Below are positions 58,646 through 64,000 of a stretch of DNA of 64,000 nt, in pieces. Source of the stretch: a virus (lineage: Duplodnaviria > Heunggongvirae > Uroviricota > Caudoviricetes); IMG/VR virus record IMGVR_UViG_3300001525_000208, positions 15,019 through 79,018 of that record; one strand, 5' to 3'. Below the pieces are notes generated by a model, which was given only the letters and a program-made list of their open reading frames with translations, did not search any database and was not told where the DNA came from. The position numbers and the translations under genes are program-made. How positions within the stretch are numbered: the stretch's first letter is position 1; the number at the start of each line of letters is the position of its first letter.

Positions 58646-59131
58646 CTACTCTGCATCTATGGTAGGAATATTAGTATTTACGAGAGCATCACCATCAAAA
58701 TTGAGAGTTTTGATAGTCATCATGTCCGAAAACTTAATCTTCTTACCTCCGAAATACTTAACTGCTTCGTCAATTGAGGCAAACTCACGGAACTTTTCTG
58801 CACAAGAACCAGTAGTATGAACTCGGTTACCTGTAGGAGTCATGTCGTCATTATATACGGCACGAGACTTCCACATAATTGACGGATAGAATCGCTTAGC
58901 GCAATTCTTAGTACCTGTTGTTGCGTTGGATACATCAACAAGAATGAACTGAGCACTATTGGTTCCAATCTTCTGATTGTAAACCTTGTACTCTTCAGGC
59001 ATTACGAACTCATCACCTTTCTCAAACGAGTTAAGGTCTACATCACGAGTTGCGCCAGTAAATGCATTACCAGCTACTTCAATACCTTTTGTCTTAGAAA
59101 GACGATCGATTTCAACAGTCATTGCTGCCAT
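58646..59131 (-). CDS. Hypothetical protein inside the GC-rich segment
   Basis: 161-aa ORF. Local GC and amino-acid composition (A/G/T/V-rich) differ from the rest of the window. Confidence 0.4.
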   Translation of the reverse strand: MAAMTVEIDRLSKTKGIEVAGNAFTGATRDVDLNSFEKGDEFVMPEEYKVYNQKIGTNSAQFILVDVSNATTGTKNCAKRFYPSIMWKSRAVYNDDMTPTGNRVHTTGSCAEKFREFASIDEAVKYFGGKKIKFSDMMTIKTLNFDGDALVNTNIPTIDAE

Positions 59132-60016
59132 TGTCTTGGTGTGGATTTACCTATATCACCCACGAGGTTTTAATAAAAATTGGAATCACTGTCTTAGGTG
59201 GATTCATAACCTACGTATACATTTATACTCCTATACGCAGAGTAGACAAGCGGTTGCTTGCCTACATCGCTATCGCAAGTTATACCTTTGGCTATTTTTT
59301 ATAATATATATTGGCTATCTTTACCCCCTTTCCGACCTCGGCAACGGATGCCCGATGAGGGGCACCACGTTGTGAGGTGTGGGAATCAATAGCAATTGTA
59401 AAACGCTATCGTGGAAAGGTTGTAAACCTTTTCGGTTTCGTTTGCAATGTATTCAAGTTCTTTGCCTTGTTCAACACAATCGCAAAGAACTTTAAAGACT
59501 CTGCGTTTTATCCAATCTTGCGAGTTTTTCGGTTTGAGTGGAACGTTATTGTAGATAATTGCAAATTCGGGATGCCTAATGCTTTGCAGTGCAACGTATG
59601 TTTTTGTTTGCTCTATGATTGCGAAGCGGTCAAATTTGTATTCGGAATTGTCGGAAATGATTGCTTTAAAAATGTTGTTCATTGTTGTATGAGTTTTTTT
59701 GTTGTTGGTGGAGTTGAGTATAAATAAGCCTTTTTACAACGTGCTTAGGTTGTGTTTGTTTTATTTCTCTGTAACGTAAGATATAAGAGAGAAAACGAAC
59801 TTAAAGAAAAGTCCATAGAATAAAAACATTAGGAAAAGATTAAGTGCGTAAGGTTCGGTATAGCCAAAAACCAAAGTTGCAACAATCATAAGAACTAACA
59901 CCAATGCAGATGTTATGCCAAAGAAAAGAATATTTTTCATTTTCGTAAAATTTTGATGAGTTGTAAGTGATTAAATATGCACGTTGATTAAACGCTCAAC
60001 GTGCAAAGCGTGTGTG

Positions 60017-60439
60017 TTAAACGAAATCAATAACTAAAACACTTGCTTGCCCGTTGTCAGTTAAGAAATAGTCCTTTGTTAGATTAAGGATTTTATCCTT
60101 AACTTGTGCAAACATAGCGTCCATTACGTTTTCGTTGGTTTTGTCGGTGATGGAATCGGCTGCCTTTTTCATCGCCTCAACCGCTGCGCCGTGTGCGGTG
60201 TGTGGCTTTGCGTTCTTATCAAGTTTAACCTTGAAAAGCGATGAAGCGTAAACTGGAATGTTTTTATTAGTAAGGAAAATGGGGCAGTTGGTTACGCTTT
60301 CCTTAAACTGAACTTGCGAAAAACTCCAACCGATAATTTGAAGTTTGCCTTCTTGCAAACCTCCGAAATTAAATTGTTGGTTGAAGGCTTCGTTCTCTTT
60401 GCGTTTGTCTTCTGCGACGATTGTAGCGTTAAATGCCAT
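60017..60439 (-). CDS. Hypothetical protein inside the GC-rich segment
   Basis: 140-aa ORF with atypical (higher-GC) composition. Confidence 0.4.
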   Translation of the reverse strand: MAFNATIVAEDKRKENEAFNQQFNFGGLQEGKLQIIGWSFSQVQFKESVTNCPIFLTNKNIPVYASSLFKVKLDKNAKPHTAHGAAVEAMKKAADSITDKTNENVMDAMFAQVKDKILNLTKDYFLTDNGQASVLVIDFV

Positions 60440-60906
60440 AGTAATAAAATTTTAAGTGAGTAATTAAATGAGTGATTGTGTGCGAGCCGAGGGCGTACCC
60501 CCTGTTCGATAGAACAGTATAGGAATATATATGCTGGCTATTTTCCATCCGATGGGGGGAGGGGGTCCCCACCGGAGGTCTACCCACCCGCCCATCACCA
60601 TCAAAAATTTTACTCCAAAAAATCCACCCATATAACATAAGAAGGAATTTTTATCTAACTCATTGATTATCAGTGACTTACAAAATTTATAGTCATTATC
60701 AGATGTGTCACAATTTTAATGACTTTGAATTTTAGATTTAATTTTTTGAAATATAAAAATTATGACTATGTTTAATAATAAAAGTAAATCGTATGAAACA
60801 ATTCTGCCAAGTGTATATTATTTAAATCCTGAATATTTCTTTAAAGGTAAAATTTTAGATAGAACTAATATTATTAAAAATATAGTTGAATATAAATTTG
60901 TATAAA

Positions 60907-60940
60907 ACAAAAAACGCAGATTCTTTAATTAGAATCTGCG
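60907..60940. terminator. Hairpin terminator (bidirectional), 3' of late gene 60946..62145
   Basis: aacgcagattct-ttaatt-agaatctgcgtt is a 12-bp perfect stem flanked by A/T runs. Confidence 0.6.
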
Positions 60941-60945
60941 TTTTA

Positions 60946-62145
60946 TTATTTAATTCTTCGAATTAATCCACCGTTTTTATAATTATTACTTTTAGATGCC
61001 TATATCTGTTTCTTAACTTCATCAACAGCTTCTTGAGAAACACCTAAACCTTTTAATACTCTTTGACCTTCTTTCATTGCATTTCCAGTATCATCAAAAA
61101 TATCTCTACCTGTTGCTGCATTATATCCATCATCAGTTGCACTTAGTATACTTACAATATCATCTCCATGAAATTTATTTAATGTAACAAGTGATCCTAG
61201 ATCTAACAATGTATGAACTATATTCTTAGCAGAAACATCATTTATTAATGATTTAGCATCAAGACCAAAATCAGGAAGATTCTGTGCAATCATATGATAT
61301 ACTTTATATTTAGAAGGAAATAAACTAACAACATTATTCCATACTGATAATCCTGAAGCTATTCTTTGTAATACTTCATTATCACTATCTGCTAATAAAC
61401 CAACTCCATCACCTAATAATGAAAATGCATCTACTCCTAATTGAACTTTATCCCAAGTACTCTATCCTTTAAACCACTGACCTGCTTTAATACCATATTT
61501 TTTGGCATAACTGGCTACTTGTTTAGCAATTTGACCTGCGTATTTAGAAGCGTAATTGACTAATTTAAAAGCTTGTGGTGCAAAAGATGCTGCACCTTCT
61601 AGTAATATTGGTGAAAGAATAAGTCCAGCGGCTACAGCAGCAGTAAAGTTACCTGCACTTTCAAAAGCATCATGAATTTCTGCATATCCTTTAGGATTTC
61701 GAATAGATTCAAAATTACCTGCTTCAGTTAAAGTTTTAGGTTTAGCCCAAAGATTATTACTGGAAATCCAATCACGAAGGTTGTCTTGTTGCTAAACATC
61801 ATCTATTAATATGTTATAATTTTTATCTACTAATACTGTTTTACCGTCTACTGTATTAATAAATGAATAACCTTTTTCTTTAGCAACTTCAGGAGGCATA
61901 ACAAGTTCTCCTTTATTATTATATCTGAATCCTTGTTTTATCTATTCATTAGTAAGTTTATTCGTTCCATATCTAATTCCTTGTTTAACTTCATTTTGTG
62001 CTTCATTTCTTTTATCATTTTCACGCCAAAGTTCTACTTCAGAATCTTCTGAGAATAAATCGTTATTCCAACTTTTATTAACTATAGAATTATTTTTAAT
62101 TGGTTTGACAGGGTTTCCTGAAACTTTAATTTCAATATCAGCCAT
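60946..62145 (-). CDS. Late protein (about 400 aa), readable only with TAG translated. It has four in-frame TAG codons.
   Basis: Track ORFs 61942..62145 and 61000..61293 share one frame. The intervening stops at plus 61942-44, 61792-94, 61462-64 and 61000-02 are all CTA, which is TAG on the minus strand. The frame terminates with TAA at 60946-48. Confidence 0.6.
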
Positions 62146-62160
62146 AATTTTAAGTTTATA

Positions 62161-62216
62161 CTATTTTTGAATTATATTTACAATAATACTATTTTTGAAT
62201 TATATTTACAATAATA
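62161..62216 (+). promoter_or_regulatory. Tandem 28-bp direct repeat carrying a Bacteroidetes-type promoter (-33 TTTG and -7 TAttTTTG), oriented toward gene 62265..62687. A third, inverted copy of the core lies at 62284-62304.
   Basis: ctatttttgaattatatttacaataata appears twice (62161-62188 and 62189-62216). TTTG at 62166-69 and TATTTTTG at 62190-97 are spaced 20 nt apart. Confidence 0.5.
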
Positions 62217-62264
62217 CTGAAAAGTTCTTCATCGTAATTTCAGACGATTTACAAATTTTAATAT

Positions 62265-62687
62265 TTGGAATTATTGAAAAATTATATTATTATTGTAAAT
62301 ATAATAATTAAATACTTATTGATAATGAAAAATGAAATAATTAATGAATGGTTGAAGAGTTTTGGAACTCTTATTAATAAAGAAAAATCAGAAGGAGTTA
62401 CTCATTACGAATTTGACTTTGAAGGGTCACCTGTTCATATTTGGACAAGTGACGGAATGCTTAAATTAGAGTATAAATATAACAATCTTGAAGATGAGTT
62501 TTTAAAGTATTGTGAATCTTTAGATGATGATATTTTTGTAGAAGCTTGTGAACGTTTTAATGAATATAAACCTATTAGAGAATTTTCAAAGAATATAAAT
62601 TCTGAAGATATTAAATTTTTTAAGACTATAGTTGAAAAAATTGTCTGTGAAAAAATTAATTATTATAAAGAAATGATAGAAAGATAA
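62265..62687 (+). CDS. Hypothetical protein (standard code, TAA stop)
   Basis: 140-aa ORF downstream of the promoter repeat. Confidence 0.45.
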   Translation: MELLKNYIIIVNIIIKYLLIMKNEIINEWLKSFGTLINKEKSEGVTHYEFDFEGSPVHIWTSDGMLKLEYKYNNLEDEFLKYCESLDDDIFVEACERFNEYKPIREFSKNINSEDIKFFKTIVEKIVCEKINYYKEMIER

Positions 62688-62688
62688 A

Positions 62689-62713
62689 CAATAACTACTC
62701 TTTAAAGAGTAGT
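62689..62713 (+). terminator. Palindromic hairpin downstream of 62265..62687
   Basis: aactactcttt|aaagagtagtt is a perfect 11-bp palindrome followed by tctatt. Confidence 0.4.
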
Positions 62714-62719
62714 TTCTAT

Positions 62720-62793
62720 TGGAGTGTAGTATAAAGGTTTAATTACGATGGTCTCTAAAACCGAAGATCTGAGTTCGAGTCTCAGCGCTCCGA
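62720..62793 (+). tRNA. Amber suppressor tRNA (anticodon CUA), type I. Its acceptor and D-arm resemble the phage tRNA-Gln(UUG), so Gln identity is predicted.
   Basis: Manual fold:
- acceptor TGGAGTG/CGCTCCG (two G.U)
- U8
- D-arm GTAT-AAAGGTTTAA-TTAC with GG
- anticodon stem ATGGT/ACCGA with loop C-U-CUA-A-A (CUA at 62755-62757)
- 4-nt variable loop
- perfect T-arm CTGAG-TTCGAGT-CTCAG
- discriminator A. Confidence 0.75.
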
Positions 62794-63020
62794 CTATTTA
62801 ATTCAATACCTGATATGTTAGATAAATTTACTAATTACTTATTAAAGAAAATGTATAATCAATCTATTAATATTTGTAATAATATAGATAAAATTGTACG
62901 TATTTCAAATAAACAAAACACTCAAGATTTTATAAATTGGCAAGATGCTTTAAATAAGATAAGTGTAAAATAATTAATTTTAAACCAAGCGGGCCTATTC
63001 AGGTTCGCTTTTATTTTTAT

Positions 63021-64000
63021 ATGGCGAAAAAAACATACGAACACAGACCTATTGCGGTAGCACAAAGTGATGCTACTAATGTAAATTCTCGAATTAGATC
63101 TTTCTTAGAAACTCTACGTGCTAATGATAGAGCTAAAGCGGTTGAAGATATTAATGAAGATTCTTATTGGGGTTAGTTTAATCCTGAAGGAGGATGGGTT
63201 ATTTTGCGAGAAACATATACGCTCAAACCCACTTTATATTATAAAGATGCGTCTGATAAACTACACGCTGTACCTGAAAAATATATTAATTCTATTATAA
63301 AGAATCATCATGGACTTTATAGAGATTGGAATGAAGCAGAAACTGATTATTAGAATAATTTAATAAAATTTGGACTTACTCCTACTGTAGTAAGTGCAGC
63401 TCCTGTAGATAATAGAAGTGAAGCTATTAAAGAATATGAACGAAGAGGAAGACGTGCTGCTTATGAACACGATCAAGCAGAAGCTGACGCTTAGAAGGGT
63501 ATTAATATTGCATTGAATGCTATGTCACCTGGTTATTATATAGATAAGACAGGCATACTAGATAATATGTCTGAAGCAGATGCAGAAATTACTAAGGTTG
63601 GGGCTGATTTCGCCCCTGTTATTCTGACAGCTGGTGCTCAAGCTGGTGCTCAAGCTGGTGCTCGGATTGCAAACAGTTTAGTTAAAAGAGCTGCACGAAG
63701 AGCCACGCAAGCTTCAGCTAGAGAAGCAGAACAAGTTTTAGCTAGAGAAGCAGAACAAGTTTTAGCTAGAGAAGCAGAACAAGCAATGGTCAAAAGAGCG
63801 AAAGAATCATTGGCTAGACAAGCTTCAGCTAGAGAAGGAGAAACTATTGTTAATAGACCAGTTAATTTTGAAGACTTGGTGGCTGCTTATTCTAAAAAAG
63901 GTAAAAAAGGTAAAAGAGCACCTTAGCCGAATAGAACTACAGTTGAAACACCTGTTAAACCTGCAGAACCTGTTAAACCTGCAGAACCTGTTGTTGAAAC
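63021..64000 (+). CDS. Late protein, 3'-partial, readable only with TAG translated. It has four in-frame TAG codons and internal tandem repeats (GAQA x3, AREAEQVL x3, PVKPAEP x2+).
   Basis: ATG at 63021. In-frame TAGs at about 63174, 63351, 63492 and 63924, with no TAA or TGA to the window end. Nucleotide tandem repeats at 63630-63662, 63717-63784 and 63951-63990. Confidence 0.6.
63717..63784 (+). repeat. 24-nt tandem repeat (2.8 copies) encoding AREAEQVL
   Basis: gctagagaagcagaacaagtttta is repeated exactly twice, then a third copy is diverged at its end. Confidence 0.8.

Noticed and set aside
60429-60638. 69-aa ORF overlapping the GC-rich G-run region
   Set aside because: It is low-complexity (GDGRVGRPPVGTPSP), lies in a non-coding-looking G/C-run stretch and has no start context. 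It is probably spurious.
62161-62216. Possible CRISPR-like direct repeats
   Set aside because: There are only two adjacent 28-bp copies with no spacers, and they contain promoter motifs. They are not a CRISPR array.

Overview
This 64 kb window is AT-rich (about 28-30% GC), gene-dense phage DNA. Bacteroidetes-type promoter motifs, TAG recoding and a tRNA island suggest a Bacteroidetes host; this is inferred from the sequence alone, with no database search.

Two coding regimes coexist. A long minus-strand block (about 3.1-52.7 kb) uses the standard code. It carries DNA replication and nucleotide-metabolism genes plus a peptidoglycan-hydrolase cluster (amidase and two GH73 glucosaminidases). The replication and nucleotide-metabolism genes are:
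- ThyX (flavin-dependent thymidylate synthase)
- a family-B DNA polymerase
- a sigma-70 family factor
- an ATP-dependent ligase
- dUTPase
- a Dda-like helicase
- NrdD/NrdG
- a HAD 5'-nucleotidase
- a Toprim primase
- a DnaB-like helicase
- an SF2 helicase
- RNase H

Three genes at the window edges can only be read as continuous ORFs if TAG is translated: 1..3075 (+), 60946..62145 (-) and 63021..end (+). They contain about 12, 4 and 4 in-frame TAG codons respectively, and no in-frame TAA or TGA. A canonical type-I tRNA with anticodon CUA (amber suppressor) sits at 62720..62793, directly between two of these genes. Its acceptor and D-arm resemble the tRNA-Gln(UUG) in the phage tRNA island, which argues for TAG->Gln.

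Three essential genes appear to be split by group I introns, each carrying a different homing endonuclease family:
- polB: GIY-YIG
- nrdD: HNH-AP2, inserted exactly at the glycyl-radical CG|Y motif
- the dnaB-like helicase: LAGLIDADG

Other features:
- a tRNA island (Thr, Met, Arg, Gln, Asn, Leu, plus two aberrant tRNA-like elements)
- a hairpin/palindrome cluster
- a GC-rich, compositionally foreign segment (58.3-60.6 kb)
- a duplicated promoter repeat with perfect Bacteroidetes -33/-7 motifs
- tandem repeats inside a recoded late gene
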